Assembly: GCA_964485815.1 (NCBI GenBank)
Contig: CAZAJX010000001.1
Location: forward strand, 7,866 to 71,865
DNA from: an uncultured Oscillospiraceae bacterium
Lineage (GTDB): Bacteria > Bacillota > Clostridia > Oscillospirales > CAG-382
Direction of reading: 5' to 3'
Length of the DNA: 64,000 bases
Shown here: positions 28,755 through 38,106 of the stretch, piece after piece
Numbering within the stretch: the first letter of the stretch is position 1
Layout of the letters: every line of letters begins with the position of its first letter
Made by a program: the position numbers and the translations under genes
The notes under the pieces: model-generated
The model's database searches: none
Seen by the model: only the letters and a program-made list of their open reading frames with translations
What the model was told of the DNA's origin: nothing

Positions 28755-30140
28755 TTAATCGGAAGTTGTAAGATTGTTGTAAAGTAATGTAAAGTTTATG
28801 TATACAGTAGTGCCCTCTCCCTCTGCGGAAACAAATTCAAGGCAAGTTTTATGGGCTTCCGCAATACGCTTACACAAAGCCAGTCCCAAGCCCGTGCCGC
28901 CTTCGGTACGGGAACGGGATTTATCGGTGCGGTAAAAGGGCTCGGTTATATGGGAAAGCTGTTCCGAATTCATTCCTATACCCGTGTCTTTTACGAACAG
29001 TCTTACGGTATCCTCCGTTATCTCTGTTCCCACGGTAACCGTACCGCCGACCTTACACGCCTTTACGGCATTTTCAATAAGGTTGGAAAGCAGTATGTCC
29101 ATAAGAGGCTCGTCTGCCATAACACAAGCGTCCTCTGCCGCACACAAAAGCTCTACTCCCCTGCCTCGGGCATCCTTGTTCAAGCGGTTGCAGGTGCGGT
29201 AAGCAAGACCGCGCAAGGAAATTTCTTTGGGCGAAATACCGTTTTCACGGATAAATGCCGAATCCAAAAGCACCTCGCTTATATCCTTAAGCCGCATTGA
29301 TTCGGACATTATATATTTAGCCGCGTCCACGCGCTCTTCTTCAGGAATTTTTGCGCTGCAGATATACTCTGCGTAACCGTGTATTGCGGTAAGGGGTGTG
29401 CGCATTTCGTGGGCAAGGTTATCCAGCATATTCTGCTTGCGGTCTGCGGTATCCTTAAGCTGGGTTATCTGACGGGATACCTTGTCTGCCATTACGTTGA
29501 AATCCCGTGCCAAAGCGGAAACCTCATCATCCCCCTTGTCCGAAGCGCGCACGGAAAAGTTGCCGTTTGCAATATCGCCCGTGGCTGATCTGAGCTTTAT
29601 GAGAGGAAGGTACAGTTTTCTTAAAACAAAATACAAAACCACACCTAAAAGCAGAGATGCTGCCAGTGAGCCCGAAACAAAGACGATACAAAGACGGGTG
29701 AATTCTTTGTCCAGATATGACACGTCCTTGGAATACACCATAGTGATTGTGCCTTCACACACGTCCCTGCTGATAACTATATACCGTTTTCCCTCACTCC
29801 GAGTCATAGAAAGGGTATTTTGGACGGGAATGGGGACCGATTCGGAAATGCTTGAATAACCTACGTTTCCGTCGGTAATGAATTTTAAGGAAATATTTTT
29901 ACCTTTATAAAACTTGCCGTATGTAGCCTGCAAAAGTCCTGCGCTTTGTGCGCCTGTATATTCGTAGTCTTTTTCGAAAGCATCCGTTATACTTAAAAAT
30001 TCGGTACTGCAAACGTTTTCTGCGGCTTCTATATTGTTATGGAAGGTATACATAGCCAAAACGAAAACAGCCGTATTAAGAAACAGCAAAAATAATATGA
30101 AAGTGAGCAAATATGTTCGCTCAAAAAATTTCATTCTCAT
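28755..30140 (-). CDS. sensor histidine kinase (TM-HAMP-HisKA-HATPase)
   Basis: 461 aa. H-box LAHEMRTPLT, N-box LIENAVK, G-boxes DTGIGM and GTGLGL. Confidence 0.85.
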   Translation of the reverse strand: MRMKFFERTYLLTFILFLLFLNTAVFVLAMYTFHNNIEAAENVCSTEFLSITDAFEKDYEYTGAQSAGLLQATYGKFYKGKNISLKFITDGNVGYSSISESVPIPVQNTLSMTRSEGKRYIVISRDVCEGTITMVYSKDVSYLDKEFTRLCIVFVSGSLAASLLLGVVLYFVLRKLYLPLIKLRSATGDIANGNFSVRASDKGDDEVSALARDFNVMADKVSRQITQLKDTADRKQNMLDNLAHEMRTPLTAIHGYAEYICSAKIPEEERVDAAKYIMSESMRLKDISEVLLDSAFIRENGISPKEISLRGLAYRTCNRLNKDARGRGVELLCAAEDACVMADEPLMDILLSNLIENAVKACKVGGTVTVGTEITEDTVRLFVKDTGIGMNSEQLSHITEPFYRTDKSRSRTEGGTGLGLALCKRIAEAHKTCLEFVSAEGEGTTVYINFTLLYNNLTTSD

Positions 30141-30784
30141 ATTTCAAAACGGTAACCGACTTTGAATACGGTTTTTATCCTATCCTTTATTCCCAACTTG
30201 TGACGAAGCTGTTGCACGTGTACGTCCACGGTACGGGTATCTCCGCAGTAATCGTAATCCCACACTTTTTCAAGTATTTTTTCACGGGAAAGCGCGAGGT
30301 TTCGGTTGTTTATAAGCAATTCCAGCAAGGAAAATTCCTTGGGCGTGAGAAATACGTGCTCCCCGTTTTTGTATGCGTTTCTGCTGCTGAAATCCACTGA
30401 CACATCGTCAAAGGAAAATGTATCCGCATCTCTTTTGGTACGACGGAGAACTGCCTGAACGCGGGCTGTCAATTCCGCCATCTCAAAGGGCTTTACTATA
30501 TAATCGTCCGCTCCCAAGGCAAGTCCTTTGATACGGTCATCAAGCCCCGTTTTGGCTGTGACGAATATTACGGGCACATTGTTGAGCAAACTCATTATCT
30601 CAAACCCCGATATGCCGGGAAGCATAACGTCGAGAATAATCAGATCCGGCTGTTCACTTTTTACAAGTGATAACGCCTGAACCCCGTCATACGCAGGGAT
30701 ACATTCGTGTCCGACGAGAGTGAGATTTTTACACACCAGACGGTTTATGGGAAGTTCATCGTCAACTATAAGCAGTTTTGCCAA
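30137..30784 (-). CDS. OmpR-family response regulator
   Basis: 215 aa. Receiver domain (DDE..., DLIILDVMLPG, K in VTAK) plus a winged-helix C-terminal domain (VDVHVQQLRHKL). ATGA overlap with the kinase gene. Confidence 0.9.
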   Translation of the reverse strand: MAKLLIVDDELPINRLVCKNLTLVGHECIPAYDGVQALSLVKSEQPDLIILDVMLPGISGFEIMSLLNNVPVIFVTAKTGLDDRIKGLALGADDYIVKPFEMAELTARVQAVLRRTKRDADTFSFDDVSVDFSSRNAYKNGEHVFLTPKEFSLLELLINNRNLALSREKILEKVWDYDYCGDTRTVDVHVQQLRHKLGIKDRIKTVFKVGYRFEI

Positions 30785-30944
30785 CGTTTTTCACTCCTTG
30801 TACTTTATTAATCCTATTATAGCAGACGGATGTTATGAAATTGTAATGAAAAATAAATTTATTTTAAATAAAATGCACATTGAAAAACCTTATTATCCGT
30901 GGTAAAATCCCTTCTTGGAAAAATGACGAAAAAGGAAATCTGAA

Positions 30945-32228
30945 ATGCTTACCGCTGTAATTATTGCCGCGCTGACCTGCGTGGCGTTTATATGCAATAT
31001 ACTTATAAAGCCAACCGTGAACATAAAAGGCAAAAGCTACGGAATATATTGGATCGCTCCGCTGTTGGGTGCGCTTGCCTGTATTATTGCGGGAGTGATT
31101 TCCCCAAAACAGCTTTTGGAAGGACTTACCGCGGACAGTGATATAAACCCTTTAAAGATACTTGCGTTGTTTTTGTCCCTAACGCTTATGTCGGTACTGC
31201 TTGACAGCGCGGGATTTTTCCGTTTGCTGGCAGCAAAAACGCTGTCTATGGCAAAGCACAGCCAATGGGCATTGTTTATATGTCTGTATCTTACGGTATC
31301 CGTGCTTACCGTATTTACCTCAAACGATATCATTGTACTTACCTTCACACCGTTTATTTGCTATTTTGCTCATAATGCAAAAATAGATCCCGTGCCCTAT
31401 CTGGTGGGTGAATTTGTAGCCGCAAACACCTGGAGTATGGCATTGGTTATAGGAAACCCCACAAATATTTATCTTGCGGGAACAGCGGGAATTGATTTCG
31501 GAGAATATTTTGCCGTAATGGCAATTCCCACTCTGCTTACGGGTTTAACCGCGTTCGGTGCTTTATGTCTTATATTCCGCAAAAAGCTTTCATTACCTAT
31601 GAATGCAGCGGAAAATGAAAAGCCTGAAGCCGATATTCCGCTTATGGTGATCGGCGGCATTCATTTGGGTGTTTGCATTTTGCTTATGGCGGTATCAGCT
31701 ATGCTTGATATCCCTATGTGGATAGTTTCGGTCATATGCTTTTTAAGCCAGTATTTATGGTCTTTAATTTACTGTATCGCCACGAAAAAGCTTACATATA
31801 TTGCGGAATCCTTTAAAAGAACGCCCGTTATAGCCGTGCCCTTTGTGCTGTCTATGTTCACCCTCGTGCTGGCATTGGTAAATACGGGTGCCACTGAAGC
31901 GGTAAGCAAATTCCTTCTGAGCGGAGGAAGCATACTTAAATGCGGTATTTCCTCGTTCTTTGCTTCCAACTTTATAAACAATATTCCTATGAGCGTGCTG
32001 TTCTCGGCATTGATCGGAGGAGATAAGGCGGCAGTATATGCTTCTGTTGTAGGCTCCAATCTGGGCGCATTCCTTACTCCCGTAGGAGCGCTTGCGGGAA
32101 TAATGTGGACGGGGCTTTTAAAAAAACACGGCGTAAAGCTTTCCTTTGCAAAGTTTTCCTATTACGGAATATTGGTTTCCTTACCTGCGCTTATTGCCGC
32201 TGTCGCCGGCTTATACATTGTACTGTAA
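30945..32228 (+). CDS. ArsB/NhaD-superfamily anion permease (citrate-transporter-like)
   Basis: 427 aa, about 10-12 TM helices. Motifs such as FTSNDIIVLTFTP and NIPMSVLF are typical of the ArsB/NhaD permease fold. Confidence 0.65.
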   Translation: MLTAVIIAALTCVAFICNILIKPTVNIKGKSYGIYWIAPLLGALACIIAGVISPKQLLEGLTADSDINPLKILALFLSLTLMSVLLDSAGFFRLLAAKTLSMAKHSQWALFICLYLTVSVLTVFTSNDIIVLTFTPFICYFAHNAKIDPVPYLVGEFVAANTWSMALVIGNPTNIYLAGTAGIDFGEYFAVMAIPTLLTGLTAFGALCLIFRKKLSLPMNAAENEKPEADIPLMVIGGIHLGVCILLMAVSAMLDIPMWIVSVICFLSQYLWSLIYCIATKKLTYIAESFKRTPVIAVPFVLSMFTLVLALVNTGATEAVSKFLLSGGSILKCGISSFFASNFINNIPMSVLFSALIGGDKAAVYASVVGSNLGAFLTPVGALAGIMWTGLLKKHGVKLSFAKFSYYGILVSLPALIAAVAGLYIVL

Positions 32229-32313
32229 CAAAAAATCACCTCTCAAGATGGTGCAACTTAGGGATTTACGAAAAACAGTAAATTTTTGAGCGACACCTTC
32301 AAGCGGGGCAAAC

Positions 32314-32360
32314 AAGAAAAGACCACATATAAGGATAAAACCTTGTGTGTGGTCTTTTTC
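32314..32360. terminator. hairpin terminator at the end of the defence operon
   Basis: GACCACATATAAGG-ATAAAA-CCTTGTGTGTGGTC with a flanking A run and T run, 10 nt beyond the stop of the 32370 gene. Two positions are G-U on the plus strand and C-A on the minus strand. Confidence 0.55.
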
Positions 32361-32369
32361 TGTTTGCGG

Positions 32370-32648
32370 TTATTCTTCCGCCTGGGGCAACATTACTTCA
32401 AGCATAATTCTTGCTCCGAGCCGAAACGCATATACGAATATTTCACGTTCGTTTATGTCCGTAAGCTCGGCATAGCAATCATCGAATTTTTCCAAAATCT
32501 CTTTTTGCTCTTCCGTAAGCGTTGCCTGTAGGTTATCGTGGTGATCGGCAATATAGCCCATCAACTGCTTTGCCAAGGGAGTGGATTCTCGGCATCCGGT
32601 GTTGGGGCAAATGTTGCCGTACCACAGTTCTTCAAGTATGTTTCTCAT
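32370..32648 (-). CDS. small helical protein, DUF6809-like (family seen on Firmicutes mobile elements)
   Basis: The ATG at 32648 gives MRNILEELWYGNICPN.... 92 aa. Family assignment is from memory of similar N-termini (LYYGNI.P) and is not verified. Confidence 0.45.
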   Translation of the reverse strand: MRNILEELWYGNICPNTGCRESTPLAKQLMGYIADHHDNLQATLTEEQKEILEKFDDCYAELTDINEREIFVYAFRLGARIMLEVMLPQAEE

Positions 32649-32723
32649 AGGCGCACCTCCTTGTAGCACAACACTATACCACAAGGAGGCGCGATAGTCC
32701 AGATAACAAATTGTGAACAAAAG

Positions 32724-34070
32724 TTATTGTAGCATTTTATATTCGCACAATTCCAATATTTTTTCTTTTGAAACACCAATTCGGCTTAAAATACAACAGT
32801 AAACGAGACCACACAGATAATGTGCAGTAATTGCGATTTCCATATCTAATGTTCTATGTCTGCCGTGTGTTATATCGTTTCTATATTTTACAAAAGCTCT
32901 AATGGATTCATCACTTATATGAACTGCCGTTTTATTCAACTTGTTCATTTCTTCTATATACTTGGCAAACAATGCACAAAGTTTTTCTCCTAACGGGAAT
33001 GACCAATAGGACATACTTGAGAAAATCATATTGTATGTATCATTGCTTAAACCGGGAGTGTCTTTTCTAAAATTTTTAATAGTTGATTTTACCGTCGAAG
33101 TCAATTGAGACAGAATGGTATTTTCTTCAGTTTTTATATCGTCGATGTACCCCAACTCGCACTCCAAGGCAGAACAAATTTCACGCACTTTAGCATCGGT
33201 CATTGTCGAGGAGTCTTTATCATCCTTAGGCAAAAAACCTAACAATGTAGTTTTATGCTCTTCGTCCTTTTTATAAAATAATTTTACAAGATTTGCAAAT
33301 GATTCTCCTAAATCCTCAATACAAATATTATGATGACAATCTTTTTCTGTTTCGGGCACATCATTCCGAACATAAACGCTTGCTATATTTGAGAACCGAT
33401 CCGATTCAGAATCATAGGTTTGCAGGTTTATTTTTTCAAACCCGACATTGTATCTAAAGGTTAAAAAGGACAGGACATCTTTGATCTTGTTATAATGGTA
33501 AAAAAACGATGAGAGCGGTTGTTCAGAATCGAAGCGCAATTCTAACACCACATTGTTGTTAGTTATAGAATGCCCTTTGACACCAAAATTCTCACTAATA
33601 ACCGAGCGTACGCTAATATCTATGGAACCATCTTCATAATCAATATGATATTTTCTTTCATCATCTTTGGGGCTGAGAATTGCACCCTCCGAAGTGTGTG
33701 TAATATTCAGCCCTTGGATATGAAAAACTGAATTTAAAGTTCCACCTGATAAAGTAATTCCTTTAAAAAACAACAAATTCTCTTCATAAACATTTGACGA
33801 TGATTTTATATACGCGGAAGTCCGAAGCGCAGAGGCCCCAAACACCTTAAAAACTCTATTTCCAAGAAATATTGCTATATTATGATTGTCGTGTGTTTTA
33901 CCTAAGATGAAACCATCTGTAGAAGGAATTTCGACCGATGATGTACCACCAAAAAAAGAATATACGGAGTCTGCCATAAAAGTAAAAACAAAATCATCGG
34001 GTTGTGCCGAAAATACAATTTGTTTACCCTCTTCTATGGGCACTATTCCTGTTAGCAATTTTTTGCTCAT
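32724..34070 (-). CDS. large HEPN-like (Rx4H) protein, ApeA-like architecture candidate
   Basis: The ATG at 34070 (MSKKLLTG...) gives 448 aa. The C-terminal helical region carries FVKYRNDITHG (R-x4-H, encoded at 32865-32882). The N-terminal ~300 aa have no domain I can name. Starts 20 nt downstream of the MTase stop on the same strand. Confidence 0.5.
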   Translation of the reverse strand: MSKKLLTGIVPIEEGKQIVFSAQPDDFVFTFMADSVYSFFGGTSSVEIPSTDGFILGKTHDNHNIAIFLGNRVFKVFGASALRTSAYIKSSSNVYEENLLFFKGITLSGGTLNSVFHIQGLNITHTSEGAILSPKDDERKYHIDYEDGSIDISVRSVISENFGVKGHSITNNNVVLELRFDSEQPLSSFFYHYNKIKDVLSFLTFRYNVGFEKINLQTYDSESDRFSNIASVYVRNDVPETEKDCHHNICIEDLGESFANLVKLFYKKDEEHKTTLLGFLPKDDKDSSTMTDAKVREICSALECELGYIDDIKTEENTILSQLTSTVKSTIKNFRKDTPGLSNDTYNMIFSSMSYWSFPLGEKLCALFAKYIEEMNKLNKTAVHISDESIRAFVKYRNDITHGRHRTLDMEIAITAHYLCGLVYCCILSRIGVSKEKILELCEYKMLQ

Positions 34071-34090
34071 ATCAAAACTTCTTTCATTAT

Positions 34091-35041
34091 TTAAGGTTGA
34101 AGTAAAATATCTGCTATTTGAAATGCCATTCGTTGTATAACTGGTACACACACCGAATTTCCAATCTGCTTATAAGCATCGTCAATAGTAATAGTATTCG
34201 GAAAATAAAATTCTTTCGAGAACCCTTGAAAATCAAGGCACTCTCTTAAGGTCAATTTTCGTATGCCGAAGTTATCCCACACCACGGGGACTCTGTCGGG
34301 GTATGTTCCCATGTTTGCGGTCAACGTAGGACACATCATATTTTTCGTCCATCTGACCTCGTGATCAGTGATACGATAAATGGCATTACGGTCACGCATA
34401 TGCTTTGCGAGATAATCATATGTTTCCGAGCCGTTGTAGTAGTAAACATCGTTTTGTTTCTCATCTCGATGTATAATATCCGCAGAACGGAGCGTAAGTT
34501 CGGTAGGTTCGGGGTGCTGATAAATACGACCTGCAATGTCGTCTCTTACGGCAACGATATATATGCGTTTCCGTATTTGAGGAAGATTTCCGTATTCATT
34601 TGCAGCCATTACACGATAGTAAACCGAATAACCGAACTGTGCCAATGAATTGAATATAACGAGAAATGTTTTCCCGTTATCGTGTTCCATCAGGTTCGGC
34701 ACGTTTTCAAGGAATATAACCTTGGGTCTTTTGGCATCGATAATGCGGGTAATCTCAAAGAAAAGATTGCCTCTCTTATCATCAAAGCCCTTTTGCCGTC
34801 CAGCTATCGAAAACGGCTGACACGGAAAGCCTGCGGTAAGTACATCAAAATCAGGTATATCATTTGCATGAATACTACGGATGTCCGCTTCTACAAGATA
34901 TTCGTTACCGAAATTGTGTCGGTATGTTCTGCAAGCGGCGGCATCGTATTCGTTAGCCCAAACAATATCAAAACCTGCTTGCTTGAACCCCAAGCAGATG
35001 CCACCAATACCTGCAAACAAACTGATTGCTGTTGGTTTCAT
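34091..35041 (-). CDS. DNA (cytosine-5)-methyltransferase (M1)
   Basis: 316 aa. Motif I LFAGIGG, motif IV GFPCQPFS, motif VI ENVPNL, motif VIII QIRKRIYIVA, motif X GNSVCVPV. Confidence 0.9.
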   Translation of the reverse strand: MKPTAISLFAGIGGICLGFKQAGFDIVWANEYDAAACRTYRHNFGNEYLVEADIRSIHANDIPDFDVLTAGFPCQPFSIAGRQKGFDDKRGNLFFEITRIIDAKRPKVIFLENVPNLMEHDNGKTFLVIFNSLAQFGYSVYYRVMAANEYGNLPQIRKRIYIVAVRDDIAGRIYQHPEPTELTLRSADIIHRDEKQNDVYYYNGSETYDYLAKHMRDRNAIYRITDHEVRWTKNMMCPTLTANMGTYPDRVPVVWDNFGIRKLTLRECLDFQGFSKEFYFPNTITIDDAYKQIGNSVCVPVIQRMAFQIADILLQP

Positions 35042-36600
35042 TATAAATCGGTGAGCAGGACTTGGCGGTCAAGTGAGAACAAGTCCTTTATTTGGGCGTG
35101 GGTATATGGCGCAGTTTGTTGTTTTTCTACCATTTGAATAACATTGGATACGGCAACGGCACTACCATGAACACCGGTTTCGTTGATAATACGCATCAAC
35201 TGTGCGTTGATATTGCTACCGAAACCGCCTGCAATATACGAGAAAAAGGCAAGGCGATTGGAAGAAGAACAATAGTTGCCGAGACCTTCGATATAGTTAT
35301 GCACCATACGATTGTGATGGTCATTGCTGATGGTGTACTTACTGTATGCCTTGTTATCGATGATTCCACAGTAGCCATCGCTGTCAGAAAGAAGCAACAC
35401 ATCCGGTGTCAGCCCTATGGGACCAACGTGACGAGCATCGAAGCCGAACACTTCCTGGAAGAGTCGAACGGTGGCTTTTTCAAACTCAGTTGCCTCATCT
35501 CTACCTTTGAAAGCCATTTCAAAGTATTCGGTCATAAACGAACCGATCGCACCACGGGGATAGAGACGAAGAAGTGCCTCCTCGACAAATTTCGCATCAA
35601 GTCCGGTCTGCTCGGTAATTCTATCAACAAGATCGGGAGTGATACGAGTAATCGGGGTTTTCAAGGATTCACTCACAAATGCCTGCTTCACCTTTTGTTC
35701 GTTGATGATTTTTGCTGTGATAGTCTTTGTAGCGGTCAAATTACGAGTATCTTTGTTATGCTTGGGGTCAATTCCGTATTTACGCTGAAAATACTCGTGC
35801 TGTTCAGGTCTGTCAATAAACGGGGGAGTTGTTGCCAAAATGGCGCGCACTTCCTCAATTTTTTCAGGAATGATACGGAGCATTCTATCTTCGTCGCTAC
35901 GCTTGGCAAGCTGGGTATATTCAATCCAGTTGATGAAGGTATTTGCGGTATCGGTTAAATGGCTATACGGATGATCAGGATTGACGGTGCCCGTCTTGGG
36001 AGCGTATTTGGTAAAGAAATCGGCATCCAAGGCTGCATCGCCATCGCTTCTGAAGGCGTGCAATTTTCCTACAACGGCACGATAACAAGCCTCTGTTTCG
36101 TTCTCCGCATTCGTAATAACAACTTTGGCAATTTCTTCTTCCGAAAGATATCCAACCTCGCTATCCATCAGCAGACGAAGCAAGAAACGGAAAGGACGAA
36201 TCTTGAATCGGCGCGAAACATCAACGCCACGACCCGTAGAGAACGATGACGGGAACTGATATTTCAATACCTGGTTTTTCAACACGGTCACAGGAGAATC
36301 TCCGTTCATTATTGCTTCACCCGCAAGCGTTAGTTTGAGCTGTTTTGTAGATTCCTGTGTGAAGATCAAGCCAAGACTTGCAACCCAAGCTTGGTATGTA
36401 CGAGCACCGCCACCCGTTTGGTCACGGCGTTCGCCCTTGCGCTTGATGTTGGATTCTTCTAACGCCTCTTCAAGCGTTAAGTGCGTATCTCTTTGACCTT
36501 GCCATTCTTGGTTTAAAGAGATTTCGGCGAAGGTAGCCAACACTTCGGGTATGGAATTTAGTTTTCTTTTCGGGCGTGTGACCCACCAAAAGTTAATCAT
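35041..36600 (-). CDS. type IIS restriction endonuclease (AlwI-family N-terminal region, FokI-like PD-(D/E)XK cleavage domain)
   Basis: 519 aa. N-terminus WWVTRPKRKL...RRDQTGGGARTYQAWVASLGLIF resembles RE_AlwI family openings. The C-terminal PDVLLLSDSDGYCGIIDNKAYS (encoded at 35350-35406) parallels FokI PD...DTKAYS. TAATG overlap with M1 and 8-nt overlap with M2. Confidence 0.7.
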   Translation of the reverse strand: MINFWWVTRPKRKLNSIPEVLATFAEISLNQEWQGQRDTHLTLEEALEESNIKRKGERRDQTGGGARTYQAWVASLGLIFTQESTKQLKLTLAGEAIMNGDSPVTVLKNQVLKYQFPSSFSTGRGVDVSRRFKIRPFRFLLRLLMDSEVGYLSEEEIAKVVITNAENETEACYRAVVGKLHAFRSDGDAALDADFFTKYAPKTGTVNPDHPYSHLTDTANTFINWIEYTQLAKRSDEDRMLRIIPEKIEEVRAILATTPPFIDRPEQHEYFQRKYGIDPKHNKDTRNLTATKTITAKIINEQKVKQAFVSESLKTPITRITPDLVDRITEQTGLDAKFVEEALLRLYPRGAIGSFMTEYFEMAFKGRDEATEFEKATVRLFQEVFGFDARHVGPIGLTPDVLLLSDSDGYCGIIDNKAYSKYTISNDHHNRMVHNYIEGLGNYCSSSNRLAFFSYIAGGFGSNINAQLMRIINETGVHGSAVAVSNVIQMVEKQQTAPYTHAQIKDLFSLDRQVLLTDL

Positions 36601-37663
36601 AATCCACCTCGTCCTTCAATGAAGATTCCATTGACTCATATTCGATGCCCGCAAAGGTTTTCAAGATAGCTTCAAAGATAATTTTGGCGCCTTGGCACGG
36701 AACAGCCATACCGATCTGCTTTCTTACAGATTCTTTAGACCCCTCAAATACATAGTTGTCAGGGAATGTCTGCAATCTTGCACGTTCACGATTGGTGAGG
36801 GCACGAGGCTCTTCCCAGTGATAGATATGTGTTCCACCACCGCCAGAACCCGTTACTGTGTACGCAGGCTTCGTAGGATCGAGTCTCTTATATATTTGGC
36901 TGATTTTTGCTCCACGAACATTCAATTTCAGTTCTTCCGGCAAGTCTGCGTTGAAAGCATTTTGACCGGGGAGAATGTGCATCAGACGCTCAACTACCTT
37001 CGCAGATTGCTTTGTGAGTTCGTTGTTCGGAGCGTCTGCGGGGATAGGCGGATTCTCAATTGCGTTTCTGCAAGTTACGTCCATATCCGCATAAGGAGCA
37101 TAACTCGGTATCTTAAATTCATACGGCAGATCTTTACGAATACCCACAATAATAACTCTGTGACGAGCCTGCGGAACACCGTATTTTTCAAAGCAGTAGA
37201 GATTAGGGTATACGCGGTATCCGGCATCACGCATATCGGAAAGAATTTTCTCAAATGCGTTTCCTTCATTTGCACTACGCAAACCACCGACATTTTCCGC
37301 TAAAAACCATTGAGGCTGATGCGTTCTCAAGATCTGAACGCCGTAAGAATATAAGGGACCGAACTGACCGTTGAATCCTTTTTGCTCTCCCACTACGGAA
37401 AAGTCGTTGCAAGGGAATCCGAAGGCAAGAGCGTCAATATGAGGCAGGCTGTCCAAGTCAAGTTTACGGACATCACCCCATATTACGCTATCAGGGTCTT
37501 GAGGACAAATATTCCGTCTATAAGTATTACAAGTATCGCTGTCATAGTCGTTTGCCCAAGCGTGTACAATTCGATAATTATCCAACCCAATGTCAGCATT
37601 GGTAGCTCCCCAAGCCAATCCTCCGGGGCCGCAGAACAATTCACCCAATTCAAAAATAGCCAT
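36593..37663 (-). CDS. DNA (cytosine-5)-methyltransferase (M2)
   Basis: 356 aa. Motif I LFCGPGG, motif IV GFPCNDFS, motif VI AENVGGL, motif VIII QARHRVIIVG, motif X-like IGMAVPCQ. Confidence 0.9.
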   Translation of the reverse strand: MAIFELGELFCGPGGLAWGATNADIGLDNYRIVHAWANDYDSDTCNTYRRNICPQDPDSVIWGDVRKLDLDSLPHIDALAFGFPCNDFSVVGEQKGFNGQFGPLYSYGVQILRTHQPQWFLAENVGGLRSANEGNAFEKILSDMRDAGYRVYPNLYCFEKYGVPQARHRVIIVGIRKDLPYEFKIPSYAPYADMDVTCRNAIENPPIPADAPNNELTKQSAKVVERLMHILPGQNAFNADLPEELKLNVRGAKISQIYKRLDPTKPAYTVTGSGGGGTHIYHWEEPRALTNRERARLQTFPDNYVFEGSKESVRKQIGMAVPCQGAKIIFEAILKTFAGIEYESMESSLKDEVDYD

Positions 37664-37677
37664 AATCTTATTTCTCC

Positions 37678-37887
37678 TTAAATTTCATCGCCGTTATATA
37701 AAACGAACTTTCTGACAAACGATGCGCCTACGGCATCTGCGATAACATCTAACTCCGCTATGGTAAAACTTTCTCTTTTCATTTTTGCACTAAAGCTCTG
37801 CGGGGACAAACCAATTCGACGTGCTAATTCAGCCATGCTGATATTAGAACGCACACACAAAACTTTTATCTGTTCGGAAATACTCAT
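37678..37887 (-). CDS. XRE-family HTH protein (candidate RM controller/C-protein)
   Basis: The ATG at 37887 is preceded by GGAGGCAAAT and lies downstream of a consensus promoter. HTH segment NISMAELARRIGLSPQSFS. First gene of the RM operon. Confidence 0.7.
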   Translation of the reverse strand: MSISEQIKVLCVRSNISMAELARRIGLSPQSFSAKMKRESFTIAELDVIADAVGASFVRKFVLYNGDEI

Positions 37888-37917
37888 ATTTGCCTCCAAA
37901 TATATTTCATCCCTTAT

Positions 37918-37946
37918 ATTATAAATGATTTCGTTTAGCTTGTCAA
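37918..37946 (-). promoter_or_regulatory. consensus sigma-70 promoter of the C-M-R-M-HEPN operon
   Basis: The minus strand reads TTGACA (37946-37941), 17-nt spacer, TATAAT (37923-37918), about 30 nt upstream of the ATG at 37887. Confidence 0.65.
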
Positions 37947-38106
37947 TATTTTTGATTAGCATATTTGTAAAATTTCATATTATATCCGTTCCTTTCGGGG
38001 AGCGGATTTTTTTATTTTGCAGAAATTTTCAAAACCAATGCAAAAAAGCATCAATCCCGTGGCTTGTCTATGAGGGGATGAAAAAATTATAAGTTTTTCT
38101 CAAAAA

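Noticed and set aside
37888-37962. N-terminal 25-codon extension of the HTH ORF (94-aa version starting at 37962)
   Set aside because: A perfect TTGACA-17-TATAAT promoter lies inside this extension, and GGAGG precedes the internal ATG at 37887. The short 69-aa form is therefore far more likely.
37984-38013. Plus-strand hairpin ATCCGTTCC-tttcgg-GGAGCGGAT followed by T6, located upstream of the RM operon promoter
   Set aside because: It looks like an intrinsic terminator, but no plus-strand gene or convincing plus-strand promoter lies upstream of it. It could insulate the replication module from antisense transcripts. That cannot be supported from sequence alone.
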